NCBI GenBank assembly: GCA_047967505.1
Contig: CM106538.1
Length of the DNA: 64,000 bases
DNA from: Dipteris shenzhenensis
Lineage: Eukaryota
Reading direction: 5' to 3' (one strand)
Positions 23,943 to 38,030 of this stretch are shown here, piece by piece. Positions within the stretch are counted from its first letter, which is position 1; the number at the start of each line of letters is the position of its first letter. The notes beneath the pieces were generated by a model that had not been told where the DNA came from, made no database searches, and was given only the letters and a program-made list of their open reading frames with translations. A program made the position numbers and the translations under genes.

Positions 23943-25460
23943 GTAATCTATGTTATCTACAATATTTATAGTATTAGAATGCTTTATGTAGGTCAGACTT
24001 GTCATACTGCTTTGGTTTGTTTTCAACAGCATGTTACAGAAGCTAGGAAAGCTCATAGAAAAGATTCTTTGATTGCAGATTGGAAACCTTCATATGCGGC
24101 AATGGCAAAATCTGGCTTTGAATCCTTTTGTTGTTTTCCTATTGAGCATATAGAGGGAGAATTTACTCAGCTAAGGCCTCGATAACTTTTGTGTGTGAGA
24201 ACTTTGCATGCCTTCTTTCCTGGACTTATAATTAAGAAGGGAAATCGGCTCATCACAAGACTAAAGAGTCTAGTCAAAAGAATCCTGGGTGTTAGATATT
24301 ACTATCACACCTGTGAGCCTCTATATGAGGATGGCGGTAGATCAAGGGTAGGAGGGCATTCCCTCCTCTTCTTTCATCCCACAGATACTGCGCAGACCGG
24401 GCAGCTGAGAATGGGCAGCCAGAGGGAGGCTCCGGCGGCAATGCGTGCCACAGTGGCATGAAACCTGTGAGAGAGCGCTAATGTCGGTCAGTCTGTGTGG
24501 TCCTTTGTGGTCTCGTAGCTGTGGCTCTCTGTTGGACAAGTGCCAGAGAGGCCTTGTTTTTAACTGAGACTTTTGCAGGTGTTAGCCTGACAGGAAGAGA
24601 GAGAGGGAGAGAGATAAGCACCATTCACAGAATTAAGAATGCATATACTCTACATGATATGTAGAGTCCTTTTTCCGGCTGGGTAGAGGACAACTTGGTT
24701 TTTTCTGATGGTTGAATGTAAAATGTTCCCTTTCAGATTGGTTACCTATACCTTACTAGTCCCAGTCGGCTGGAAGAGCTCATGATCAAGCTTGGACTAA
24801 ATTGGACCAGAAGCGCGGGCATTCAGAAAGTTGCATCACAAATAGACATGATGTCCCGAGATGCACCAGATTGTGGAGTGCCTGGTAATTAAGGGTTCTT
24901 GCTTCATTTGTTTTTTCTCGTACCTTGAATGGGCATTCAGTTTTCAATTAATTGCAAGGAGGGAAGATGAAAAAGCAATGTCACATTGGTGAGCTCTCTA
25001 TAGAATGGTTTCTGCAGGTGGGAAATAATGCTAGTTATTGAGAGAATCTGTGCAAAGTATGAGAAGACATTTCTTTCCAGGAGAAGCATATAAATGTGGT
25101 GGGGCTGCTTGCTGGAGTGAGCACTGAATATAATAGCCTGCTCTCAAATATGTTTACTGCACTTTAATTACAAAGAGATGCCAATTGGCATTGCAGGATT
25201 TATGTAGTTGTTCTCTTGAGAACTGGACCACAGCATTCCATCTTCTGATATGAGGGGTAAATATTGGGTTCATGTTGAAATGTACCAAATTTAGATTACA
25301 CATACACAGATTAAAATATGCCAACCTTGATATAGAATGTTTGTCTTTTGATTGTCCCAGCTGGAAATATTATGGGTTGTGGGAGACTTGACTGGAAATA
25401 GTTGATTGTTTCAGTAAAATGCCTGTGAACTTCTGCATAGCCTGTGGGTTGTTTGCAAAA
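23943..25460 (+). mobile_element. Degenerate GIY-YIG endonuclease followed by possible RT remnants (Penelope-like element, endonuclease N-terminal)
   Basis: VIYVIYN...LYVGQT...FQQH...R*...VRTLH.FFPGL at 23943-24235 fits GIY-YIG. The downstream RT-like traces (e.g. MPIG near 25180) are weak. Confidence 0.6.
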
Positions 25461-25619
25461 GTTATCTGCAAACAGGTACAACCACATCAATGATTGGCGA
25501 AAAACATTGTACAGATGGCTAGAAAATGATCACAGAGTAGCGTGGTGCCAGCTTTCATGATCACAGACATGTTTTTTATCTTTTGACCCTGGTACAAAAT
25601 TAATACAAAGACCTTTTTG

Positions 25620-25646
25620 TGTGTGCGCGAGCGAGCGAGCGAGCGA

Positions 25647-25683
<37 letters not shown>

Positions 25684-25802
25684 CATGAGCATGTCCATGC
25701 GCTTAGGTGCATATGCATGTGGGAGCAGGTGCAAGTACATGCGGGCACATCTATGTACATGAACAGGAGATTCTGTTGGAGATTTGAGAGAGAGAGAGAG
25801 AT
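25620..25802. repeat. Compound microsatellite (GCGA)n(GT)n(GA)n
   Basis: Directly visible simple repeats. Confidence 0.9.
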
Positions 25803-26298
25803 CTCTATAAACGCCTGTAGAAGAGCTCACGGGTCTAAGTACAATACCATAAGTGACGTACTATATCTGGTTAACTAGAGAATCAGGAGTCTTGAGTTAT
25901 TGTACGGCACAACTATATTCTAGTACTATCATTATATGGCCTTTATAACATCAGTTCAAGACTGAGAGTCTTTGGGTTTTTGTGTAAGTCCATTTGCCTG
26001 CTTTGGGTGCTTCCTTTACTTTCGTGAGCTCACTAATTCTTTGTTTGATATGGATCGGAGTGAGCTCCTCAAATATCCAAATCTTTTTACCATTCAGCTT
26101 ATGTGTCTGAGGATCTTAAATCTTCTTGAAGTGACTTATGCTTGTGTGCCATTTTGACTAATATTGCATATGTCATTCTTGTCCCATTCGACTTGTGGTA
26201 CTTTCTTGTTAGGCATATAATTATATAGTCTTTGTCTTTATCCTCATCATCATGAAGGCATCTTTGAATGAGAGTTGGGACTCAAAAGACAGCCTGGT

Positions 26299-26450
26299 TG
26301 TAATGAAGGGGAAAAAGAGGCCAAGTTAGAGGCCCTTTAGGTGGAATATGTGGAGGGACTATATAAGTCTCCATCCACTCCCTACTATGTACTTTTTGAT
26401 GTGACATCTAATCCTATCTACTCTCCCTTCCTCCTCCTTGCCTATGCTCA

Positions 26451-26482
<32 letters not shown>

Positions 26483-29400
26483 TCCCTACTCCCTCTCAAT
26501 CTCTTCCTCTCTTTCCTACCTGATTCTCTCTCTCCTATCCTTCCTCTCCCTCTTCCCCTCTCTCTCTCCCCCTTCTGCTCCTCTATCCCCCTTTTTCCAA
26601 ATCTGTCCCTACCCCCTTCTCTATATTGGTATCAGAGCACCTTCCTAGGGCCCTTTTTGGAACTAGCTTCAACATCAAGCTGTCAACGCCAAATCTTGCC
26701 CAGCCAACGTAAATTTGTCAACACTCCTATCAACGCCAAATCCTACCGTACGATGCACGTGAGTGATGGTAGAACGTGAGCAATTGTTGGTTGCAACAAA
26801 TCCCAACTCCAAGCACGTGAGAAGTTTTTGGTTGCAAGCACGTATGGGCCATTGTCAAATCTGTTAACCTTTCAATTGGTAAATCCTGAGGGTTGTGGCA
26901 CCAAATTCCAAGGGTTCAAGGCATCAAATTCCAAGGGTTGAAGGCATCACTCAGACCCATGCGACGTGTAGACCTTGTGTGCTAGAGCCGTGTGCATCTC
27001 AATGTGCGCCATCAATGAGACCAAGAGCTCATTCGTCAAATCGTTGAGACGTCGTTCTATTCCACGTCATCGCTCGATTGTGCTCGTGCGTCGCCCTACT
27101 TGACGCCGTCGTCGCTTCTCTTTTTTCTTTCCATGCAAACCTTAGTTTATAAGGTTTGCTACCTAGGTTAGACTAATAAGGGTTGGGTTAGGTTTGGCTA
27201 GGTCTAGCTAGTTTAGTGGGTTGAGTTACTTTGTTTAGGTTTAGTTAGTTTGGTTGGGTTTAGGTTTAATTAGTTGGCTAGGTTATTGCTAACTAGGGTT
27301 AAATGGTCTAGTTAGGTTACCTTAGGTCAATGTCCTAACTATCTTACGAGTCATAGGTTAGGAGTCCTAATTGTCTTAGGTGACTTAGGGATCCCCTTCC
27401 TCAAAAGAAGAAGAAGAAGAAGAAGAAGAAGAAGAGGGTAAATAGTTCACTTTCAACCTCTTTTTAGGGGCCTTTCAGACCCTGTTTGGAGCCATTTTGG
27501 CTCCGTTTGGAAGCTTCTTCGACGACCTTTCCTCTGAGCTTCTCCATTGACATTTTCGTGTTTTCCACACACTATCTTAGGGCTCGTTATAGTAGGGTTT
27601 TGTTATCCATTTGTCCTTGCCTACATTCGAGCTCCTCTCTTTAGGGCCAGTCACAATGGCATCGAAGCGTGTCCCTCGTGATATATCGCATGACACTGAC
27701 GAGGTTGCTCAGTATGAGCAAGCTTGCCACAGTGGTTGCATCCATTGGTGGTGCAGAGGTTCTTCCACTCAACCTCTCTTGCATCTCGAGAAGTGCAGGC
27801 AGGGCTCTTTCCTCTATGCTCCAAGGTGCTTTTCGTCAGATAGGACAGGAGTTTAGCCAACAGCTTACCACAGCCATGGCTATGCAGGATACGGCTCTTG
27901 TCTAGATGGGGCAGCAGATCACATCTGCCATTGTTATGCAGGATAAGGGTAAGCAGCCCGCACCCCAGCACAGGGACCATTCAGTCAGTTAAGATGTTTT
28001 GTTTGCTCCATGCAGGGGTTTTATGGCAGATCCCTGTCGTGCCTACAAGCATTAGTCTTTTGGACCATTGCATGTATCCCAGCCTGGGGATTATCTGGAC
28101 ATAGATGATGCATTTTCTGTGCCACAGAGCACCTTCTTGCAGGATGTCAGGCCATCTTTTGGCTCTCAGCTTTTTGCATCTATGCAGGCTGAGCCGTCTC
28201 TTTTGGGCTGACCCGTTGGTGTGCATCCGGCTAGTGCTCCTTTCACCACACCGAGTATGCTTGGAGTTGGCTTCGGTTTATATGGCAGCCCACACCCTTG
28301 GGAGAGAGGTCAGTGCTCTTCTTAGTCCTTTGGTATGCCTTTATTTCGGAGAGATGTATTTGGCAAAGCAGCCAGGGGTTCATGCACTTATCGCTATGTC
28401 AGCGAGCACATATAGGCAGACGCAGCCACTATATCAGATGGCAGCGGCTTCTACGTAGCGGGGGGTTGGTGGTGGGTAGCAAGCCACTTTTGATGACATG
28501 TTGGCAGATTCTTTGCGTTCATACAGAGCCTTGCGTGAGGTCATCAAACTTGAGATGCCCTTCTCTGATTATTTGAATCTCAAGCGTGATGATGGCCGCA
28601 CTTTTGGAGGTTACACACAAGAATTATGCATCCAAGGATATCAAGGACAAACTCACAGTGCATAAGTTTAAAGGGGACACTCACACTCCCAAAGAGTTGG
28701 AGGAGTGGCTCACGAAGCTGAAAGACTATTTTTGCTTCTACCACAAGTTTGAGAGGAGCGCATCATTTTTACAGGTATGCATTTGTAGGGACACATGGTG
28801 GCGATACATGAGGGATTCGCCTCAGAGACCAACCACTTGGAGGGGTTTCAAAGAATTAATGGTCACTACATTTGTATCTCCACTTGTATTGGATCAATAC
28901 TTGGTTGAAATTTATGCCTTATCACAGACCGGTACAGTCCAAGAGTACTTGCAGCGCTTTTGGAGGCTTCCCTTGTTTCTGTAGGACGTCTCTGAAAAGG
29001 GATAGCTATTGCATTTCATCCATGGGTTAAATTCTTCTTTCGCTGCAGATGTGAAGGCACACAACCCTTAAACAATTGAGAGGGTAGCTCAGCTTGCAGA
29101 AGTATTTGAGCCCAAATATGCTGGCAAGCACATAAATGCCATGGGCAGCTCGCATTCTACGGGGTATGACGCAGAGTCGAAGCCTAAGTTTGCTAAGTGG
29201 ACTGACAAGAAATTTGCAGTAGCACCATTTCCTTGCTTTCCTATTGTCTCGGGTAGTAAGATACCGTATGCCAGGCCTCACAGGTATCCTGATGCCAAGC
29301 ATGGAGGCAAGCCTACAGTTGGAAATGAGCAGGCTGAGGTAAAAAAACATACACGGGCAATAATGGACAGTAGAAAGAAGGCCAACTTATGTTTTAAATG

Positions 29401-29620
29401 TGGTGAGTCCATGCGAGAAATGGACTCCTGAGCACAGGAATGTGTGCAAGATGCGCAACAGTGGTACTGCCAAGCTCAGCATGATCATTGACCTCTTAGA
29501 TGACGAGGAATTGTTTGATGCCCTAGGTTCTTTGGATACGTCTCAGGATGAGATGGCAAATACAGATGATGCAGATGAGGCTCCTGATACTGGAGCCACA
29601 TTGAAATACCTTCATACGTA
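26299..29620 (+). mobile_element. 5' part of a degenerate Ty3/gypsy element (LTR, PBS, UTR, gag), truncated before the protease
   Basis: PBS TGGTATCAGAGC at 26627-26638; candidate LTR start TGTAATG at 26299 (approximate); gag motifs EEWL...DYF, WW...PTTW..FK, LSQTGTVQEY and FIHGL; knuckle CFKCGE..W...H..C. Confidence 0.8.
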
Positions 29621-31929
29621 TTCATGATGAAATTAAGAGATGAATTGTAATCATGCAAGCACAAGTTAAAGGCCAACCCAAACTTGGCAAAGGGTGAAAA
29701 GCCCTCTCCATGATAAACTAGTCGGGCAGTACTATTTACATGAAGTATTGCATCTTCCATTACAAAAAAATTGGATTCAAAAAGGGCCCTATAAGAGAGC
29801 CCTTGGGCTGGTGACATGAAAGGATGAGGTGAATAAAACTGAGTAAAATATTGGCTAGTGGATGGCAATAGAACATTGAAAATTGTCTATTTTTCCTATT
29901 TCTTTATTCAATGGACCAAAGATTGATGTAGATTTCCACTTGCTACCTCAACTTTCCCATCACTTTTTTGAACTGTAAACAAATTGAAAAACCTAGTTTC
30001 TTAACCAAACTTGCACCATTTGTACTCAAATTAAATCCTTCCATCCAACTACGACACACCTCTCATTCTCTCTCATTTCTCTTCCCTCCCTCATTTCTGA
30101 GCTCCAACCCTATTTTCAAATCTCTGGCTTTCTTTTGCTTACTTCTTGCTCTATCTTGGGAGCTTCTCTTTCAAATCTTGTCACTTCTTCTCTCATCTAG
30201 GATTCTCTTGCGATCTTAAACCATTTTCATGCAAAAACTTGAGGAACTCAATGTTATGGATGAATCATGAATAATGTAAGGTGTTTTGAGCTTAAAAGGA
30301 GCTACTGGACGAGATTCTTTGAGAAAGGATGAAAGAAGATTGATTTTCAGGTACTACAATTGCTTATATATGAAAATCAATCTTTTTTTTTGCCCATCTC
30401 TCAACATTGGTCTTTAAGGGGGCATGATTTCAAAGATCTAGTGAAGTTTTGGAATCTACCCAAGAAGATTTCATGAATGTTGAGGTAAGATATCCTTTGA
30501 AACAAAGCAAGATAGTGGAAATGACAAGATTTTAAATCTTGAAGAGCATGTGAACTTATGGGAACTATCCAAGTAGCTTTTGTGGAGGTTGAGGTATGAG
30601 GAGCATGATTTCAAAGAGCTTGTGAAGTTTTGGATGTTTGTAGATTTGTTGATTATAGTGTTCTTTGAGAATTATCTATGACAAAGTCACCACTATGGCC
30701 TTGCTTTCCACACACAATCACTAAGTCCCCTTTTTTGAAAAAATGTAAAAGAGGCTCGAACTAATATTACAATAAACTTTTCCAATAACTCGTAAGGGGA
30801 ACCGACAGGTGTAAAAAGGAAAGAGAGAAAATGCAAGTGAAGGTGAATGGACCATTAAATATGAGTGAAGACCGTGACCAAAACATCTCATTTAAATAGT
30901 ATCACATGCTTTTAATAAAGGTGGTGTCATGCAAGCTAAATGACAAAATAATTCACCACCCCTTATGTATAAGGCCAAACACTTAATTTACGTGAAGTGA
31001 CGATGTCATTTACAGTCTCCACAAAAAGACAAACCTGAACGTAATACTCATTCCAATAGCCTAAACTACCACTATCCATAAGCTAGATATATATTCTCTA
31101 ATCAACACCATCTTTGAGAGCCTTACAATAAAAAATGGGAGATCTCTCTTTAAAAAAGCTCTACAAAGAAAAAAAAGCAGAAGAGTTGATAACCACCAAA
31201 AAACTAAGGCTAAACTAATTATGTTGAGCCACTTTAGCTAGAGATTGCCTTCAAAGATTGGGTTGGTTACATCACTTTCCTTGCCTTCAAAGATTGGGTT
31301 GGCATCAATAAGATCTTAAACATGTTCATGAAAGATTCCTCTTACATATGTAAACAAACTTAGCAAAAACTCGCCTGTATCTTACATCACTTTCCTTGCC
31401 CTCAAAGGCCAGGTTGGCATCAATAAGAAAGACTAAACAACACATGATATTCTTATGATAGTGCAGCTTCAATCTCATGATAGTCACTCATGAGGTTGAA
31501 AACAATAAACTCCATCATGTATAATAGGTACTAGCTACTCTAACTTCCCTACGAACATCATCAATGCCGAGCTACTGGTGTACATCGTAGTATAAACATA
31601 TGCTCTCACATACAAATCCGTACATACTTGGCATCCATTTATACAAAGGTCTTTGTGTTGAGTTTCAATAAATACTCGGGAGGTGAAGGGCAAACTTAGT
31701 TGTGACAAAGGCTAGCACTAAAGGAGAAAGGTCTTAAGCATCTTCTTGAGAGACTCTACACACCATGATGAGGGAGATTATAATCGCAAGCAAATATTTC
31801 ATTTGACATGCTTTTAAATACAAAATATACATTCTTCCAAACAAAGAAAGTGTGTGGGCAGTTTTTGAGATTGGCGTTGGTGAAAAAAGAAAAACAAGCT
31901 GAATACATTCAAAAGGCTTGCCTTGAAAG

Positions 31930-32112
31930 CCGAGAGAGAGAAGAATAAGAAGAAGAAGAAGAAGAGAGAGAGAGAAGGGGGAGAAAAAAATAGCGCCCTT
32001 GGAAGAAGAAGAAGAAGAAGAAGAGGAAGAGAGAGAAGGGGGAGAAAAAAGTAGTTGCCCTATAAGAAGAAGAAGAAGAAAAAGAAGAGAGAGAGAGAAA
32101 GGGGAAAAAAAA
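31930..32112. repeat. (GAA)n/(GA)n compound repeat in three ~60-bp units
   Basis: Three units of (GAA)n-GAGAGAGAAGGGGGAGAAAAAAA. Confidence 0.85.
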
Positions 32113-33631
32113 TGGGGACAAAAATAGAAAGCACCAATTGGATGAGGACAAAACTGCAACGCCAAAAAGAGCATTTTTTATCATCTCCACCAAAACAACC
32201 GACCTTTCCTACGTGCAAGCCAAAAACTAATGAAGGGTTCACTTGAATATACAACACACCTCGCCAGTGCTGATTAAAAAGTAGATGACACTGCCATGCT
32301 AACCTACCCCTGCTCTTTGACTCAGTAATAGGAGCTCCCTGCGTGAGCTAGCAGGACTATCCGAGTAACTTGTTTCCAAGACCCCATGTGACATGAGCCT
32401 GCTGGAGTGAGCATCCGCATTTCCAAAATCCAAGCGAACATTCCCAAAATCCGCATCTCCAGCCTAGCATGGGCTGCTAGACTTGAACTCGTGGAAGGCT
32501 GCATTGAATGAATGAAAGAAACTAGATAGACCCGTTTCTACGCTGTGCAGCAGGTGCAGCGATGGAGGTTGAAGATAATGCATCTACAGACGGGGACGAG
32601 TTTTCTCAAAAGTTAGGGATGCTCTCGTGTGTACGCGCTTTCTCAAAAGTTAGGGACGCTGAGAGAGCAGCCCTCCCTAGCACCAGCGTTGGGGCGGGGA
32701 GGTGCTCTAAGCTAATTGGAATCGGGTGTATTGAAAGCATGAAGCTGCATATGACAACGTTTCGGGACCATGTCTCTTGGTTATCATCTGGAAACGAGTA
32801 CAGAGATGAAAGGATCACAACAGGATGAAAAAATTCTCCGAGTATCTCCCCGCGGCTTAGTCGAGACTCGAAATCTGCAAATGATAACGTCTGCCAAACG
32901 TACATGAGACCGTACCTGAGGCTAGAGTGAGAATCATAGCAAATATAGAGCTTAGCAGAGAGCGAGAGAAGTTTCATACAAGAAAGGGGACGAATTCTCA
33001 AGTAGCTTTTGGATAACACGAGGACATTCAGCTAGAGACAACCGTGGCTTAAAGGTGTCTACCCCAGCACAAAGATACATGACAATCCAGGGTTTTCTCA
33101 GGACATCTATCGGATCAATTTTGGAGTTAGACTAGGCCCCCCGCATCTCGCTGATAGAGGTCCTCGTCAGTTATTATCCAAGAGAAACTCTGTGGCGAGT
33201 GGCCCGTGGGACGAGACGTTACTTTTGGTTGCATTCAGTCCTCATGTTAATCCCCGTCTCAGAGATGTTAATCCCCGTCTCAGAGAGAATGTTGCTGTAT
33301 AAGTTAAAATGTGAGTAATTGCCCGGAGAAAATAAGATTGAAGAGCACGACTCGACCAGATTACTGTGAGAATGAGAGCTCTTCCACCTACTTAAGAACC
33401 AATCAACCAAAGTATAGTACATCAGGAGCAGAGAGTACAGATAAGAGTCTCCAATCCAGCAAGGAGATGCTACAGGACCGTATCGAACGCCTGGATGACG
33501 AATGCCCAATCTTGATTCATGGTTGATGGACTCAAGCAAGACTGACTAAAACCAAAAGCCTATGAAGAAATGCAATGCGACCATTTTATGTATTCACAAG
33601 AATGTAGCACTGACTGGAGCATGTATGCGGC

Positions 33632-35112
33632 TCATTTGGATGAAAAAGCCTGCAACAACAAAAGAAAACGAGTATAAGAATCAATAGGGTCCTGAAAGCT
33701 TTCATTCTACACAGCAAGTGCACAAAGTTTATTCCGTGTGACAGCGCAATCACTCACCGAGAAGACGGTAGCATGTCCGGGATCTGAGAGGTGAGCGAGA
33801 AGGTTGTCGATGGGACCAGTGCCAGTGTAAATAGCTTGGAACCAAGCTCCCATGACCGCCAACATGGCCAGTCTCCCGTTCTTGATCTCTTTGGTTCTTA
33901 ACTCTTTGATCTTCTCAGGAGAACCCGAGCCCCAGCCAAGAGGATCAAACCAGAGGCCTCCAGGATAGCCCACGTCTGTTCCTGTTAGCTTGTTGTTAGG
34001 AAAAACTGGGTCGGTGTTCACAGACCCAGGAGTAATAATGTCGGCCCATCTTCTTCCTTCAGCCCATCCAAGGAAGATCATTTCGACGACGAACAGAGTA
34101 GTGGGATCGGCAAAGTATTCAGCCTCGCCAGCAGTGAACCAGGATGGGGTGTTGAGAATTCCAGCTTTGGTAAGAGCTTCGGGGATGAAGATGCCGGCCG
34201 CTCCAAGCATCGCCCATCGGCAATGGACGATCTCAGCTTGAACGAACCATTTGAGCAATTCGGGTTCGGAGCCTGAACAAGGTAAAGTTCCAAGCATTCC
34301 AAAGTTCTCAATCACCCCGAACAAGCAAGTATTAAACATTCCGAAGAGCTGAGTCCAATAAGATTCGAAAGAGGAAGATAACAACGGGGCAGAAAGAAAT
34401 TAGTTGAGAGGCGAACCGAGTCCAAGGGGGTCGAAACCGAAGTCACCAGGAAGGCTGAAAAGCACATTCAAGGCAAGTGTCAACGGAAAAAGCAGAGAGG
34501 AGCTATGGATATAAATTACGTAGCAACGGATACAACGAGCTAGCCAAAAGCGCACACACCATTTGGAAAGAGCGAGCAGGAAGGAATTCGTCACGGAAGG
34601 ATAGAAAGTACATGGCGTTTCTTCCCTCACATATAATATCCAATTGCAGAAGTAACAACGCTCTAAGTGGGTAGAAAGATCAAAGGAAGCCCCAACATTC
34701 ACCAGCCAAATGGTTACAGAGATAAACGCTTAAAGAAATCATCCTCAAAACGATACACAATATGCGGGATCAGCCGCAGCCGCAGCCGCCCGACGAGACG
34801 AGCTCGCACGATAAATGAAAACTACAGAGGCGCGCGTTGTCAAGAAGCAGCGGCCTAGTTTTAATCCTGACGGTTGGAGAATGGATACCTTCCGTCGAGC
34901 CAAGCGGGAGGGGTGCTACCAGGGAACCAGAGGGGTCTATCGGTAGCGGCGGCGGAGGAGACGGGGAGGAGCGATCGTTTGGAGGAAGGAAAGGTGGCGG
35001 AGAAGGAGGAGGAACGGAGGGATCGGCCGGAAAGGAAAGGGGAGGAAGATTTAGAAGCTGCGGAGATGGAGGAAGTGAGGTTGGAGGAGGCACACAATGC
35101 AGCAGACGCCAT
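33632..35112 (-). CDS. Lhca2: Photosystem I chlorophyll a/b-binding protein 2; exons 35112-34889, 34454-34417, 34272-33758, 33649-33632 (264 aa)
   Basis: Ser-rich transit peptide, then [67 protein letters not shown] and [16 protein letters not shown], ending HATVFSAFSSK*. All three introns are GT-AG and the exon phases sum to 795 nt. Confidence 0.96.
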
Positions 35113-36614
35113 AGCTGGCTATGGCGATGGAGCTCACAACAAGCAACCTGCAACGATGACAAACAAAGCAAAAGCTTACATTAGAAACTCGTTTGCAAAA
35201 TTTCAAAAACTAATTGATTTGCCTTTTTTATTTGTTTCTAGTCTTTTTGGATAACTAGCGATATTCGGATATCGCCTCCTCCTCCCCCATTGGCCCTCCC
35301 TCCCTCATCCCCTTCCTCCTCCTCCTCCTCCCTCCCCATTCTTTCACAAGCAATTGGTCATCCGAAAGGTCTCTCTTCATAGTATAAGTCTTTGGAGGTC
35401 CCTCTTGCCTCCTCCTAATGTGGTCATTAGAACCGAGGCATCGCAACCTCCATAGACTACTGATACTCTTGAGCACGTAGGAGATCCATGAGCTCCTTGA
35501 TGACCATTTGGTTGTTAGAAGGACTAGTAGCATGACCCGTCTACGACGGGTGAGAGACCTACATTCCTAGGATCGTAAGGCATGGATCCTAGGTTAGCTA
35601 CCATAATCTACCAGTAATCTAACAAACTCTTGTGAGAAACATGCTTGCAGTGACGCACTCGATGAATCTCTTACCCTGATTGGAATTCTAAGAGGCAGAC
35701 TACAAAGCGTGTATCTTCCAAGCTCAAAGCATTGTAAAGCTCCCTATCGTAGAGCACAACAGGAAGTCCTTTTGAAGCAGTCAATCCAATGCTGAAACTA
35801 TCTAGGAGGCACAATGAGGAGCTTTTCCTTACGGTACACCCCTCGTCATAATTCGACGACTAGGAGAAGATAACTCTTCCTTGCCAGCAAATCCTTAGTG
35901 AGTACTATTTGTGAGGGAGGCAACGTTGTGCAGGGAGTCCACGCAAATCATCTTGCATCTTAGTTGTGCATGACTGTGGGAAGGTGGCTGGCCAAGATTG
36001 CGGAAGCTGACTAGAGAACATTGCCACATGGTAGGGAATAGTAAGGAGAAGAGAGGAGCTATATGCATGCCATGTGGCACAGTCATTGAGTGACACCTAA
36101 GTTCTTCAAAATAAGTAAAGATAGAAGGCCCATGATAAATCACCACTGCAGAGCTCGACACACAGTAGCTCTGCACTACATCGTGCATCTTCGCACTACT
36201 TTACACAGCACAGCCTCTGGCCTGACCACATATCATTGCACAGCCTTTTGCCGTAGCTTTGCCACCTATCACTGGGCACCGCACCCATGCAGATTAAAAT
36301 TCAAGGTTGGCTTGGAGAGACTATCACGCTGGTTCTTGGCATAATAATGAGATGCAATCTATCATTCTGAATATCGCCGCCGTAGCGCAGTCTCTGGCCT
36401 TGACCACCTATCATCATGCAACCTTTTGCCTTGGGGGGTGCACTACTAAGAAATCCTAGGCATCACGTGCCTTCAAGAAGTCTTTAAAGAACCCCTCAAC
36501 TAAAATTTTGTCCCCAATAAAACCACTCCTCTTTACTTATGAATTAATGGATTTTTTTCTAAATTTGAATTAAAAAAAACCTTTTGTTATTGTAATCCTG
36601 TTAATTTTTTTCCA

Positions 36615-37125
36615 AGGTGCTACGGGGAACCCATACATCACAATCATAAAGAGGCCAGAGGTGAGCATGTCATCTAAGGTGGTGACATGTAGATATAGGG
36701 GGAATCGACTGTGGGAACGAAGGGTCTCCACTAGTGCCAGCATTTCTACTCTAGGTGAGTGCATTGCAATCACCTTATATGAGAAGGCAGATGACATTGG
36801 GATCATAGTGCATCGAGGGGGGGTGGTAGTAGGCATGGTGAAGATGAGTGGGTGAGCAATAGATAAGCAGGGGGGCAGGATGAGTGACGAGGGTTGGAGG
36901 AGGGACCGTGGAGCAAAGTAGAGCAAGGGCAGAAAAGAGTTAGAGGAGGGGTGTGGAACAAAGTAGTAGAGCATGTGGAACAAAGTAGCAGAGCAGGGGC
37001 AGATGAGATCAATGTAGTAAAATGCCAAATGCCACAGATCTTATATATTATAAAGTTTGAGCCACTGTGGTGGTTGGAGCTCGGAGGTTCCATCCATGTT
37101 GATTGCAAGTCACCGCAGGGCTCAT
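36615..37125 (-). repeat. Dispersed repeat, copy 1 (inverted homolog of 60460-60960)
   Basis: Both copies translate to ...MPTTTP.C..IPM.S.FSYKVI..HS..VEMLALV.TL.SH..FP.YLHVTTLDDMLTSGLFM.V.YGFP. Confidence 0.85.
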
Positions 37126-37144
37126 ACTACATGAAGTAGACACT

Positions 37145-38030
37145 CGGTGGTGGGTGAGCAGGCCACTCCAATGGCTGGTAATTAACTGCCAGCCTGATGG
37201 AATCTTAGCCAGCCTGGTGGAATCTTAGCCATGACATATGTGGCTGATGAGAGCCACCACCACCGAGCAATAATTCCCACAAAAGTAAATCATGAAGCCT
37301 AATCACCTCTAATCACTCATTACCAGGCACTATAGTACTCTCTAAGCATGCGGTGACTGGTAATTTTTACTGCACTCGTAGTGATCATGCATGCTTAAGT
37401 CCGGTGGTCGGTAAGCAGGCCACTGCAGTGGTTGGTAATTGACTGCCAGCCCAGTGGAATCTTAGCCACGACAGACGTGGCTGATGAGAGCCACCACCAC
37501 CGGGAAGTAACTACCATAAAAGCAAATCATGAACTCTAATCACCTCTAATCACTCATTACCATGCACTATAGTACTCTACTAAGCATGCAAGCCCAGTGA
37601 CTGGTAATTTACTACACTCATAGTGATCATGCATGCAAGCCTAGTAGTGGTAACTGGCAGGTGAGTAATTGCGGGCCACTGCGGTGGCTAGTAATTCCCT
37701 GCCCGCCTAGTGGCCACACACGTGACTGATGAGAGCCACCACCACCGGGCAATAATTACCACAAAAGTAAATTATGAAGCCTAGTTGTCTCTAATCACTC
37801 ATTACCATGCACTCTAGTACTCTCCTGAGCATACAAGCCCAGTGACTTGTAATTTACTGCACTCATAGTAATCATGCATGCAAGCCCGGTGGTGGTAACT
37901 GGAAGGTGAGTAAATCGGGCCACTGTGGTGGCTGGTAATTAACTACCAGCTCAGTGGGTCTTAGCCGCCACAATAGATGTGGCTAGAAGTCTTAGATTCC
38001 ACCACCTCTAATTACTCATTACCATGCAAG
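37145..38030. repeat. About 250-bp tandem repeat, 3.5 copies
   Basis: GGCCACT...GGTAATT at about 37162, 37419, 37674 and 37918; GAGCCACCACCACCG at about 37251, 37489 and 37733. Confidence 0.9.

Noticed and set aside
29620-31900. AT-rich stretch with small duplications (e.g. 31245-31312 and 31382-31428)
   Set aside because: No coding or terminal signatures; probably old TE debris that cannot be classified by eye.
32300-33550. Possible gene downstream of Lhca2
   Set aside because: Short ORFs with no motif I recognise and no consistent exon chain; left unassigned.
33707-34384. 225-aa ORF taken as the complete Lhca protein
   Set aside because: Its first ~37 and last ~16 residues are intron read-through; the spliced 4-exon model gives the canonical protein.
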